From Pecten maximus (Eukaryota): a stretch of DNA of 64,000 nucleotides. The translations under genes and the position numbers were made by a program. Under the pieces are notes generated by a model that saw only the letters and a program-made list of their open reading frames with translations, had not been told where the DNA came from and ran no database searches. The stretch is taken from the NCBI RefSeq assembly GCF_902652985.1, contig NC_047019.1, positions 22,630,001-22,694,000 on the forward strand, in the 5' to 3' direction. This document shows positions 10,404 to 25,215 of the stretch, piece by piece. The first letter of the stretch is position 1, and each line of letters starts with the position of its first letter.

Positions 10404-13400
10404 TTCAATGATTAGTAGTAGCTGAGATTTGTACAAATATCTTTTAAACTGTTGTATATTTTATATGAAATCCCGGAACAAAAATACAAATATTCTGTAA
10501 CAGTTAATAATACTGTAATACAACTGTATCGTGTAGCTTAGAGATAAACAACAAATCACAGAAGCTGCTGACGTGGCAATATGTAAATAAAATGGGTGTG
10601 ACTACTTCGTTCAATAGGAGTTGTCTCCCTTCGACTGCTAAGTGTGAGGAATAGAGCAGTATACAATCAAATGATAAAGATAAAAATATGCTTTCCTGGG
10701 TTGAAAACCAGAGATTTACTGGTGTTCCAATGGCTTCATGTCATCGTGTGATCTATTCTACACGGGCATAATGTACGTACTTAAACCTATTATCATATAT
10801 GGACATAGAAGATCTTTACCAACATTTTCTGGTCTACTACGAAAGCATTACAAAAGTAAAACCATTGGTTTCCAATTTGAAAACAAACACATTTAATAAG
10901 ATGGAGAATGATACAGATTGCACGATTATTTTGCTTTATTTGTGTTGTCTACTAAACAGTTCAAATTTCCAACAGTAGTTTCCGTTTTTTTTTCTATTAA
11001 AGATATATGGCATGGTAAATATGTGCAGTTGATTGCCCTTTGCCACTAGTTTCAAAATCTATTAACTGATAAAAATGCCGAGCTTTCGATATACAGTCTT
11101 AATTAAAACCACACTGTTCGATCATCGTTAAGGTGTGGGTGTGTCGAATAACTTACAGGAATTTTAGCGAGGCACACTAGTTTCATATGACATTTTGTAG
11201 ATCTGCAAGGAAATGTAAATTTGGTACTTCAATGAAATTGTAATTAACCAACCAGCTCTGTATATTAATTACCCGCATGATACAATACTTTTATAACGTC
11301 CGGAAAGTGTTAATTTTCTATAATAAAAATACCTATTAACGAGCACTTCAGTATCAAGGTAAGACTCGCAGGGTAATCCCCTTACAGCGAAATAGTTTTA
11401 TAACGTCCGGGAATGCTAATTTTGTACGATGGAAATATATGCAATCGAACAGATCAGGATATGATTAATTCAACCAATTAATCACTACTTAGAAGGCACT
11501 GCATAGCTCCTATCATACAAAGGGAACTTCAAAATGCATTTGGATCAACAGAAATTGACAGCTTTGCAACCACACAGCTGCCACCTCTTCCTCCTAACCT
11601 CCTCCTCTTTCTGTTTTGGACTGGAAATTAAAGAAAAATCGTTTTTAAACACACGTTTTACAGTACGAGATGAACACGGTATTTAAATCATATTTACCAC
11701 AAAATTGACTTATCATTTCAGAAAACATTTGTTAAGTATTCTGTGGTTATGTGGCCCGTGACAAGAATATCTTTTGTTCTCCATTTTTTAAATATCTTTC
11801 ACTGTCTTTGTTTAACTGTCCGAGTCAACCTTACCCCTACTAATAATCACTTAACCTTGATATTGATAGCAAATTGTCACAGCAGATCGCATTAAAACAT
11901 TTTCCATACTTTAATCAACTGGCATAAATATCCTGTTATATATCGAACACAACTTATACATGTAGTTCCATTTAATTTTCTGAAATAAAACTAGAATTTG
12001 TGTAAAATGGTCACCATTTCAAATATACCCAAAGATAGTCTAGGAAAGATTGCCTGTGGCAGTTAGCTATCGATAAATAATTATAACTCAGAGTTCCCTT
12101 ATTGGCTTAGAAGGGAAATATTGGTTAATTGTACGTGATTTAGTACTTGTATATTTCCGAGTGGACGTTAACCTAGACATGGCTTCAAAATCAATAACTG
12201 CGTATAATAAACCAAACATTGCAAACGATATTTTAATACATGAAGGTTAGTTGACAAACGTACAGTGGACATGAGCAATGACGAATTGAAGCATGTATGC
12301 AGGTGTGACAAAGTATCTTCTCCAAGGGGAATCTGAATGGGGTAAATATGCCGGCAAGCACTCTACGCCTGAGACCATTTTAAAGACAATATTTGACACC
12401 AGTGTGATGGAAACGCCAAGATTTGACACAAGGACGATGGAAGGGCCAAATTTAAACCAACTAAAATAACACCAACCCATTTTGACTAAAAACCACAAAA
12501 TTTTCACCACGTCAAATATCCCGATTTATGATAGCCAAATTTGTATATTTCAAAATTAAGATTTCTGTCTATCAGCAGTTTCATTATATAGAAAGTAACG
12601 TTCACTTTATGGTCGGAGGCAAACTATTTCCTTTACAATTTAAGTTTATTTCTGCATCTTACCATATGTCTGATAGTATGGAAGCTCAAGTAAAATACAG
12701 TACTTTGATTATACATTATGTACATAAATAACTCCAGACCTGTTCTGAAATAACAGTAACAGATATGCAAGTCAGCCTACACCCAGGTTTTCGGTTTTAA
12801 GTGTTGTCGTATCTTTTGCATTTATTGTCAGCGCATTTCAAATAAATACTGTCTTTAAATGTCATCATATCTACATACATGCATGTACATATTTTTCACA
12901 ACCTACCTCAATAAATCACTGATCCACGTTAGCATTCATCACAACATGTCGTCACTAAAACTCGTCTCAAACCACAAAGAAAAAAGGTTAAAATATTGAA
13001 AAAAAAATACAATAAACAATGATAAAAACACACAGACATGTCTGTGAACAAAACACATTATGTGTATTTTCTTACTTTTTGTATCATTAGGCAAAACCCA
13101 ATCTATCTGTGAAATAAATAATTGTCAGTCTGTTATCCTCTGAACCATACATCACTCATATAGTGTTGTAAATGTCACTTTGACTCAGTAATTGCATAAA
13201 CATTGATGTTTGATTTAAACATATTTTATTTGCAAATTTACCAATGGGATCAGACACAAGTTTAAAACTTATAATAATCCGTCTTCTCCCATAAAACATA
13301 AATGATTAAATATACATCTTTATTCGTTTATGTACCTAAACCGTGTTATATACCTTTATTAGATGTGCAATTATCAATGACAGATTGGTTTTGCATTATC

Positions 13401-16400
13401 TAATATATAGAAGAGATATTTGCACAAATCAACAATTTGATCAATTTGATAAAAGCTGGATAATGGATAAAAGTCATAGCTTCCATTTCAATATTTTTAT
13501 CATTCAAGACGAAAGTTTTTGCTGTGTCGGCCGAGGTTACTACGACGGTGTTGTGGTATAGAAATGTTCGTTACCAGACAAAGACGGTATACTGAACATA
13601 AAAAAAAACACTCTAGGAGACAGTATAAACAAAAACAGACATAGAAATAACACAAAACTATTGTTCTATAAACATATGGCAGACAGTATAGTGATTGTAT
13701 TGACGTTTAAACTGTGTACATTTATGTACGTGGTTTAACGTGCACAATGTAAAAGTGTTATAAATAATTAAATCATTTGTGGACTGGACTAGACATTCAG
13801 AAAATTATACATGAAATATATTCTTCTTAAATTTTCTCATCCGGAAATACCCAATTATTCCATACGGAAAACACCAAATACACGGTTTTCTGCAATAACA
13901 ATATCCGGAATCACAGACTTAACTGTATAGTACAGTGTACTTAACGTTTCACTGACGTATTTGACGGTATTCTTCAATTCAGTATCACAATTATCAACTA
14001 ATTAGTCTATTTTTTGTGAATCTATCACATCCTACATTTGTACGTCATACATAGATAGCCTTACCGATCCTACCTGTGAGATTACGGTATAGAATTACAA
14101 TATCCTTCCTGTCTGAATATGTAATTACAGTGCAATAGATGTCCTTTGGTATTATCCATCTCACGGATAGGTCCACATTGTATATCTAGTCAGGTCATCC
14201 TAATCATTACTGCAATTCATACTTACTGCGAGTACAATTACAATTAAAAATTTACACCTTTGCCTCTTTTCATCTAATTGTGTTCATAAAGTATTTTTTA
14301 GTATATATCATTGGATGATAATTTGACATTGATATTGTTGTACTAAAGTATAACGAATTCAGCAGGATGGATAGGTAAGATGCAGACCGTTCTCATAAGT
14401 ATACCATTCTTTTACTATGGGCATACTGAACTTACTATTCTAATAATCACAAAATGACTTATATATTTAGCTTTCTCTTTTGAATATACTATATGTTGGC
14501 TTTCAATATATTTTGGAAATGTGCCTTTCGAGATCAATGTTTATCTTTGTTTGATATTCATCACTAAACTTTCGTAGTGTCTTCATTTGTTTTGTCATAC
14601 ATGCTGTTTTGATACGGCTTTGTAGACTTCTTAGATATACTAACTGTGATCTGTGTTTGACACTATATTCTAATACTTTGATATTGCATGCGGTGATATT
14701 CCGTGAATTTTAGTTGTTGTTTAATAGGTTAACCTACCCATGTTTGTCACAAAAATAATATTTGCTGTTGCACATATACGACACACATATACAACACATA
14801 TTCTGTATCTTGTTGCAAAACCTTATGAGAAATGCAGATAACGTTATCATTCAATATACTTAATCAATTTATAATTCTGCATTGTTTATGTTTTGCAGGA
14901 TATGTACGTAGACCTGTGCTCTGTATGTAAAGCTGTCAAAACAATACGTGTATACGTACAATTACAACCTCGTTATAAAGTATTTCGTCAATAAGGTTCA
15001 CAGGTAGGAATCGGCAAGGTAAACGGTCCAGGTAACAGTAAGATGTATGTTGAAGGTGAGCGGTGTTTAGTACGATGTTACTATAAAATCATGAGTTACA
15101 GAGATCTTAATTTCAAATACTAAAATAAGTGAGTTGTATATCACAGCCGATATCAGCGTCATACAGAGACAGAGCAATATACCTTACCTTTAACAAGCAT
15201 ATGTAGTAGATACTTTAAAAACTGTGACCAAAATTGAATTAAAAACGGTTTTCACTTTTTATCTACATATCCTAGGCACTCAAAATTAAAGAAAAAAATG
15301 ATTTATAAAAAATGGTATAGGTCATCTGTCTCCGGGGTTTTGAATCTATCGAATATCAAAAGTTAAGAAGTTAGAGAAAAAAAGAAATCAGGAAAATACA
15401 TAACGAATGCAAATAAACAGAAAACAATGTTACTGTAATGATGGATTACAAATACTGATATAAGTTTAATTCGCAGTCATGTCAGGGTGTTGTCTATGCT
15501 GATATCGCTCCTTTTGTAATCTTGTATTGTGTTAATATTTGTGTTCGTTATGTTTTGATGATGATGATGATGGCTTGATTACATTTATCATTCAAAACTT
15601 TATCGCTGAAGATATTGAAAAATGCTAAGTGCATGCATCTAACTCTCTGTATACTGTGTCGCAACCCTCCCCTTTTTGTATTATATTTGCCTTTAACTAA
15701 TTGGTAATTAGATCAAAGGAAATAGAATAATTGAATTTGGAGCAATATATGATTTCAATACCCGTCCTGTCTGATTGTGTCTATAAACAACATATACCGT
15801 TTGGTATTATCTAGTTTCACTGCTTGGAATTGGTCATTGTTTTGGTAGCATAATGCGAACGATGTTTTTATATCTATCTTTGATTTTATTTCCTAAAGAC
15901 ACGTCTTTATTTTTCATTGCTTGTATCAAATATGACACATAGCAACAATGTATGTGTTATCGATGTTGATTGTAAAGATTGCTGCCCTAACTGATAAAAA
16001 TTAAAAGTAAGATGTGGCATCCGTGATTTCTGAAGGATGGGCTGAAATCCAGTATTTTGTGTGCTTGTTTTTTCAAACACAGCTTATATGAAGACGCTAA
16101 AATTAACTATCTTAATGAGGAGTGAATGAATTTTAAACAGATCGGGTATATGGTGTGTAGGGTTAGTCCCCATTGTGATGCATTGTAAAAAGCTAAACAT
16201 GTATTGTTCAACTTCTGTATGATACAGCAAAATAGTTGAACATGCGTTAATGATATTGAAGCAATTTAATCATAATAGAGGAACTATTAGGGAAAAGGAA
16301 ACAATATAAAATATGTTTGTGGTGAGTTAAGTGGTTATGACAGTACAACTATTGTAGTAAACGTCATGACAAGGTAGATTTACATTCCTACACACTGTTA

Positions 16401-19400
16401 CAATGATGGATGTATATCTGACCCACATAACGTATCCATCTAAACCTGGACTAAGTTTCAAAAGTTGATACATCTAATATCGATACTTATGTATTAACTG
16501 TGTCGGAATTTAATCTGATAGACAAAAACCTACTTTATCAATACCGTTTCACTTCAGTAACACCGACTTTGTTTTGTTCCGTTTGTTACAGTTTGATTAG
16601 AGATACAGATGTATTACTCAGCGTTTTATTTTGTATATACACCCTTGATAACAATGATATTTGTCTCTCTGTCAATTATTTGACAAACTGACAGATATAA
16701 ACAGACAATTTATCATAATCAGATGGCTCACATCTGATAGACCACTCAATAATTAATTATCCGGAAAACCAACGAGATATGAATTTATATGTTCTTGAAT
16801 TAGATATCAGAGCTTCTCACGTCCTTCAGCTTCAGCTAATGTGGTCTTCTTGGACTCTTAATGAAAATAGATAAAATATAAGCTGTGACAAGCAAATCAA
16901 TCTCAAATTCAGATAAGAAATGTTGTCTTACTGCTAAACACTGAACTTAATTTGCACCGAGAAAAACGTCTAAAACTTGTACTTGTGTAGGCACGGTTCA
17001 ACCTTATGTACATACGAAATAAATACAGTTGTATATAAATATTGTTCATATAATGTAGAGCATTTTATATTATTTCGAGGCAGATGTTATAAACTAACCA
17101 GCATGTACGTAAATGTACACTTTATTATTTTTTTTATTATTAGGTGTATACTTCTTTTGGTCTCTCTTTTGCCTATATTGATTTCATTGAAAATGTTTCC
17201 TGAGATTGTCTAACAATGGGGGGACACATTAACATGGCCATTCAAAGTCTTCATTATTTGTAGACATTATTGTTATGCTAAATAAAAATAATGATGACGA
17301 TCAAACCAATCAATCTTAAATCTCCATTACAAGTGCATTGTATAACGGGTACGTTTTGTAGCGAGACTATTGCCCTTGCCTGGACAACACTGTAGCTCAC
17401 AAAGTATATCTATTTAAAATAAAAAGTGGATTTATGCTCAGATTAGGTTGACAAAAAACAAATTAACGGAATATACAAATAAGTTCGGGAACCGGCATTT
17501 CGAAATTAAGCAATTCGAAATGTTTTAGGCATGCGTTCATTAAAACACACCGCGCATTTTTTTCTACAAACATATATCCGGAGTACGCTATAAATAAAAT
17601 AACACCTGGATTTTCATAGCGACTCATTCTATTTACGTACTAAAATGTCTCAATTTAGATAATTGTCTATACGGCATTTATCGTGTGCATCCACCTGATC
17701 CAAACCTCAGGCGTCAAACGGGTATAGTATTACCTGCCATGCCCTGTCTAAGTACGAGGCCAATATAGGGTTACATCTAACCCTCCCTTCCTCAGTATGT
17801 TAACATAGTAACAGATGACTATCTCTAGGTTTTTCGTTAATAGCAGTTAATTCATGTTGTTAAATCAATGTATAATATTCGTCATATGTTAGGTTTAATG
17901 TGGTGGCATGTTTTCATTTTGTTCTGTCTATTCGGAACAATTAAAATTGAATGGATTTACATATCATTTTGGTTTTTTTTTTATACTTTTTATCATTGAC
18001 TGTAAGTGATTTAAATCACACAAATAAAATATGTATATATTGATACAAAATGCGTGTACTCAATAAATTATAGTATTTCATTTCTTGATTTATTGTAATC
18101 AGAAACATATATTACATATTTCTGTTGTAATGCTCTAACACTGATCCATCCTTTGTGTATATTAACCGTTCGAGCGATGTACATGCAGGGTATCTGACGT
18201 CATAATGAGATAGAATTACGTCCTTATATATTGTAAAAATGCAGGAGGTACAAGGTCTATATAGGATGTCCATATTAGGTGCCATATAACTCTGGTCGAA
18301 TTTCAACGTTGACTTCATGAGTTTCCAACACAAACAGATCAATTAAAAAACATCATATCTAATCTCCTTGATGGCAATACAGAAGATCGACACCTTTTCA
18401 CCTCATTTACACCGCAGAATTTGTATTATGATGTACCACCTGTGTAGCGATGGTAGGGGATATAAAATATACAGGTGTATTACATAGCGATTTATAAACG
18501 TCAGTATAGCAATGGTAATATAATATGTAGACATTTGTCCTTCATGTCAATAAGGTGACAAAGTAATACATAATGATTTACAAATGAGACAGCACATTTA
18601 AAATTAGATTCATCACATCAGATATGTTTGTTTGCGATTGATCCCTAGTAAGTTTACTCTACAGGCAATGGAATATTTTATAAATTCAAGAATATTGTAT
18701 TTGTTAATCTTCGAATAGTTGTAAAGCCGTTATGATATATGTTATTCGTGTGGTAAGTCCCTACATACATTACAACGAAATATTGGAATTTAGAAAACTG
18801 TTTAGGACACATCGCGAAATATAATTCCAAAATATCACCACCATATCAAAAACTACAAATTTATCGTGAATATAAATAATGTTCCAAAATCAACTATAAA
18901 TATCAGCATACAGATTAACGTCCAAATCGTGTGGAAATTTGAATTGACGTATCATTTGTCTGTTGGATTTTTTTCGTTTATGTTTATAAAAGTACTTCAC
19001 TTTTTGGTCATTTTGATTCTTTGGTATCTGATTTGAAATTAAAAACGAAAAAGGAAAAAAATAGAACAATGTAGATTTTGGCAGCCTGATCATCGATAGA
19101 TTTATAATTCCAGTATATTTGAACATCATTTCATGTACATAATTAATCTACTAAAAACCGTTAATTGCATTATATATTCAACAAATAGATTCATTAAATA
19201 CGAATACCATTCTTTATTTCATTGCTTAACAATCTCAGAATTATTTACTGATTTTTGCTATCTTTACATTTTTACTTTTCTTAATTGAAAGAGTTCTTTC
19301 CTCAAAGAGAGATAGAGTTACCTACCCTGCCCTGTGTATGGATTGAGCCAGTATTGGGTTACACTATATCTGCCCTGTCTGGGTAGGGTTACACTTTAAC

Positions 19401-19583
19401 ATATGGCCATCTACTACAAGCTCACTTATATATCTAGTTTGATCAGGGCGTATTGTAAGTTGAGCACAATGAGATAACAAATGTATAAAGTATAAAGTAT
19501 ATTTCAAATGCCATAGATAGAGTCAACGTCTCGAACTTCGTATTTATTCAGAGTGGACTGACCAGGAGTGACTGATTGCTAGC

Positions 19584-19610
19584 TATATATATATATATAT
19601 ATATATATAT
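19584..19610. repeat. (TA)n microsatellite
   Basis: Direct reading of the sequence. Confidence 0.95.
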
Positions 19611-22600
19611 GTTAACTAGAACATTCTTATCATTATTATTAAAAGTATTATAAGCGAAAAAGAGTCCCGAGATGAGACATGCACGAACAAAATGGAAGTG
19701 ATGTACTGATACTGAATTTAAATATTGTACAAAAGACACAGGAGATCAACACCTTTCAAAATAAATTGAGAGTTAGATCCAGTAAAGCTTAACTGAATTT
19801 AACTGCTTCATGCTGCTGTTTAGTATAGGGCCGAAGGAGGCGACTGAACTCAAAACAGATAAAAAGAAATATCAAAATCTGGATGGAAAGTTATACGTAC
19901 AAAAGACCCAAAACTATAAACTCTATAATTTTTAATAACTGGATTTTCAAAACACCTTAAGTATCTGTGTATATTCTGAACCGTGTCATTATTCATATGT
20001 ATTAAACCATGACAAATAGATGTTACATCGCCGAAAAAGAGTAATTATGTTCTGTGGAGAAATAAGAATAAACAGTTGTTTAATCTTTAAAAAAAAGTTA
20101 CATACTTTACGCCATTACCACCCTCCAAAAGTAAGACTTTTCTTTCTATCTTTCAAATCAAAAATAAATCATTATATATATATAAATAAATCAGAAACTT
20201 GAATTATGTCGTGCTTTTATTTTTGCCTTCCCTGCATTGTGATAAGAAATAATTAACAAACATTAGTGTTCGTTTAAAAACCACTGGCCTAATCCACCTC
20301 AATGCTGTGAAGCTCTGTTTGCGCATGGAATTAAAAACTCAAACACAATTTGTGTAAAATGCTCTTTTTGTCTACGTATAATACATGTGCAGTAGCAGCT
20401 GTAAATAAAACTCGAATCACTACATATAATACACAATACATATTCAGCTGACAAATTCATTGTTAATTTTATTCGCCTGTTTCAATGGAAACTGTTGAAA
20501 ATCTTGTTTACATCTTTAGGTGTAGATATATATCATAAATAAGTGTTTGAATACCATACTACAATGAAACGTTTTGAAGGATTGTACCAAAAACACAGAA
20601 ATGCATGGTAACTTTAATTATTACAAAAAGTGATATATTGTACACAGCATTTGTGAAATCATATTGCATATCAATTTACCTTACTTTGATTTATCTTTTC
20701 TCACCTATTTAGCAAACACTTTGTTATCATCACTTCAAGCATGACAACTTTAATGTGAAAAAGTAATTAAATGCATGCCATAAGGATCCAGCATATGCAA
20801 TCAATATCAAACACGTCAGATTTGTATGCACTTGTATCAATCATTATCGATATATTCGATAAACTGTTTCCGTCTTAATTCATTGCAAATTAGTTTAATG
20901 AGTATATCTTAATTCAGATTGGATTTACGTCAGACGACAACATTATGCTATTCTCATATCTAACTTATTTATACCATACGTTGAACTTTTGATTAACAGT
21001 TCATTATTAATAACTTTGCTAACTATGTGTTATCCATACCACCGAACCCAGTACATGCTTCACCTGCATTTTTGTAAGAAACACGTGTTCGCCTATGAAT
21101 CTTTTGCGGCTTAATCCTTTCATTTTTGACATTAATATAAACTACATGAACAACTATTACTGAAAACGAAATGTTGAACATTCAGCAGGCTAATGCAGCA
21201 TCCATGTTGAAAATATTTACCGCCTGTTGAAATACATGTACTTGTATTTCATGAGTCCTTCATTTTACTTGACAATGCATTAAAACACAACATACCGATG
21301 AATGTACAAACAAAAATGTAATAAAAGAATAATTAGTCTAACTAGGATAAATTCATATATTCAATATATTTGTGCAGAATTTTTTGGTCAATGTAACTAC
21401 AATACTATACTTATGAGGCTAATTATTTACTTGGCATCAGCTGTGGAAATATCAATTAATATATATATATACATTATGCTTGGTGTGTGGCTTCGTTTAT
21501 TCCGTGTTAATGCATAGTAATTAATTATTCAAAACTCCGGGTGGCATATCTACAGCGTCAAACACGCAACCGTGACGTAAGGAAAAACACATTTGCCCTA
21601 ACATGGGAGGTGTGTATAAATGCTAGCAAGAAAATATCAAAAGAAATGCATTGAGCATTGGAAGGTATTATCGTTAAAAGCTTTCTTTGATTAATAGATA
21701 ATTAAGTTCACTGTTAAATATTTCAATCGCTTTAATTATGACAAATTGTACAATGTAGATTATGACGGATATAAGGGGAATGTATGATGGAGTTATGTGT
21801 TGTTCTTTGTTATAAACTTTGCCGGTGGTAAAGACGTTGGTGCATTAGTCATTTGTTATATTTACGGATTACATGTATGAAATTTAAATGTCTTACTCTT
21901 TTGCCTGGTCTATTAAAGTGTCAAGTGGTATTGAATAGATTACTTGTCAGGATAATAACAAATGTGTACAAAGAATATGGAATGCGTCACACTCACAATC
22001 GTACAATAAACCAGTTGTACCCTTGTGTATTTTCACACATATTTATTCTTACTCAAAGACTATGCGATTTTCACAAAGGATTCATTTTCCTTTTGAAATG
22101 AAACAATTCCGTTCAATTTACTCCGTAAAATGTCAGTTTCTATGGCTAATCAGTCTGACATCTGACCATGCCTTCTGTTTAGGTTTTACAAATATTATTT
22201 CATGTACATGTCCTTTCTTACCACATGAATCAAATTATTGTGGATATTTACAGGTAAACACCCATAAATATGTATGTTACAATGTAAGAATGATATAACG
22301 CTAAGTCTTTTATATACCCACGCCTACGATGTAAATGTTGACTCATATAATGTACCTGGTAAGTATGTAAAAATTCTCAGACTGATTCAGACGACGTGAT
22401 TTAAATCTTTTTGCGACTGGTCATTGTTTCAACAAACTGGACCCATGTACCTGGGTAGTTAAGTATATTCTCACCACTTTTATCGTTGTATAATAGGCGA
22501 TTACTCGAGTACCACACCACCAATGTATGTACGGTAGATTATTAGTGAAGTGAAGCTATAATTCTAAAGTAGCCATTTACAACAAGCTTTGTCAGCTTTA

Positions 22601-23923
22601 CAAGAATTCTTATCATCTTCTATATTGATACACTTAGTCTATATATCATTTGCTATAATTGCTTCAACATTGTGACGTAGATTCCTAGCATAATTTATCA
22701 TAAATCAATTAGACGTATATAATACACGATAATAGTTATAAATGAGAAAATGTTTATGTTAATTTATTTCAAAATAATATTAAGCTTACTAATCATTCTA
22801 GGAAGGTGTCAGTTAAGTATTGCCGTTATGATTATATGTCAAGCTGCAGGCTAAATCACTAGTGGGTATGTTGCCCTGGTGGATTCCACATACATTGTTG
22901 TAGCAGAAGTTTCCCATGCCATCAGAAGAATACATTACAAATCGTCTTAAGTGTATAGAACATTGTTCATATATACCGCTAAATTGCCAGGTGTTTCTTT
23001 AATTAATTTGTAATTCTTTAATCCTTTCTTAACTTAGTTTTTCGATTAATTTAGTTGGCGTGCTATCTATCCGTAATATCATGATAATTGATTTAAAACC
23101 CTTTTATCTCCATTGAGTCGTTAGAAACAGTCTTACATGTAACTTCGCGGGCTTATATAAATACAGAACAGTGATTTGAACGAAGACAACAACAGTTTTT
23201 TTTTAGTTTCGTTTTTATTTTCAGTTTAAGAATATATGCACATGTTGAACATTTTATGTATAATAATAGTCAGGTAGTTCATACGCTTACTTACACATTC
23301 GTACCTAGTTTATCGACCACTAATTGGTCGAAAGTCTACATAATTTAGATTTGTAAAAAACTAATACAGTAAAGCCTGTGGAACATTTATCAAAGACATG
23401 AACTGACCATGTCTTGTCGTTAGAATCACACCTAACAAAGAAACACATACACACAGATATTCAATTTCATTTACATTTACACTCTCTATCATACTTTTTC
23501 AAGCGCAGCATATAGCAATTTATAGAAGAACACAATAACAGTTTAGGCAGACTGAGCAAATATTCAATAAGTTCATGAAAGACAAATGTATTTGGTCATT
23601 ATTCAATTCCTACAGGTTCTTTTCACCTTATGTAAAACAGGTTTAAGGTTTCCAAACTCTGGCGTCATTGTCTTTTGTTCAGTAGATATAGCACCCGATG
23701 TGAAATGTCTCTTTCCCATTCTCAAGCCTTTGTACAATGCAACTTGTCAAAAAGTTGACAAATATCGAAAATTCATCACTGGAGATTGGATACTCCTACT
23801 TCTTCACATAGCAAATTTTACTGCTTGTCCATTTTGAGACGTCTGAACACATATAGAAGCACAAAACATGCTGAATGACCGTTTGATTGTTTGCGAAATA
23901 AGAATAATAAATAGACTAGTATA

Positions 23924-24846
23924 TTAATGCTGAGTCCGAGAGAACTTCCACAGCTTGATATTCCTTCTAAGGATTTGCTCGTATGAACAGTACTCCAGGT
24001 CAGACTCCTTAGTAACGTGAGCAGAGGTGTTCGCTACTGACCGTGATCGGGAGGTGGTTGACGAGAACGATTCGCTGAGGTTTTGCTCAGACCCAAATAA
24101 GCTGTCATCACTATCTGAATCAGCAGTGCTGAGATCTTCCATAGAACTGGATGTGTCTGGAATGAGAAGAATAATTTATGATTGAGTATTTTGGAGTGAA
24201 ATATGTTTTTATACATTATCTGTATTGTAATGGAGAAGTAGGAAACTTCGTATTTTATTTCAAAGCTACATTACTATATGATATTTGATTAATATAAAGA
24301 AATAACACGAGTATGTAATCTTTATTTTAAACTGAAATCATGATAAAAGTAGTGTTTTACAATTTACCTTCAATGCTGGAGAGAGATCCACTTTGGCTCC
24401 TGTTCATATTACAGTAGTTTGGTACACTTTGTTGGCGAACAAGAGGCGGCTCTTCAGGAATTGATTCGTTGTTGTTAACAAATGTTCGTCGACCGTTTAC
24501 TATTGCGAATTTCTTCCTAAGTGGACCATATGACCCAGGTCTTTGTTTAGATAGTTTCTGTATCGTGTCATTTATACCAATTAGCTGCTTCATCAGGTGC
24601 ACATCCTGTTGTCGCAAGTCCATCTATGTTGTAAAAATGAAATATATTAATATATACATATATATTTCAAATAGATATGAATTTCATAAGAAAATATTGT
24701 TTCACCGCATCTAAGATATTCAAAAGATGATATAAATTAAAATATCTGTAACCAAGGATTCTAAAACTTACCATTTCCCTTTTAAGAGTTGCTAATGCGT
24801 CATTGATTCTGTCTGTGCCGGATGCTGATATCATAACAGATGCCAT
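23924..24846 (-). CDS. LURAP1/FAM89-like adaptor protein, copy 1, 187 aa. Exons 24846-24772, 24623-24368, 24156-23924
   Basis: MASVMISASGTDRINDALATLKREM|MDLRQQDVHLMKQLIGINDTIQKL resembles the LURAP/FAM89 helix (ALxxLRxEMxxLRxxDxxLxxQLxxxxExI). GT-AG introns in phase 0 and 1; TATA at 24941-24948. Confidence 0.85.
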
Positions 24847-25188
24847 TGTAGATTGATAGCAATCCAAAGTATATAACGTCTTGTCCAAGTATACAGGTAG
24901 CTGTCTCAAAAATAGCTAGTCTAACTGGTGTTTTCACTCCTATTTATACGCTATTACCATGAATGGCTTCCTTAACGCCATTGTGTGTGTATAAATTTGT
25001 CGGTTGAGTACACATTTCTTTACAAAACACCTGGTGTAGAAAATATGTACCATCGGAGTGGGATCCGTTACACCTGTAACAGGTAAAGTCTGTGTCAGGT
25101 AATTGTGCGGGAGGTGTGTTTTAGCATTAAGATTAGATGTGATACGGTATTCATCATATTCCATTGGTCCCCTCCTGCATGGCATAGT

Positions 25189-25215
25189 CCCCCCCCCCCC
25201 CCCCCCCCCCCCCCC
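25189..25215. repeat. Poly-C tract upstream of copy 1 (another at about 1291-1308)
   Basis: Direct reading of the sequence. Confidence 0.9.
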
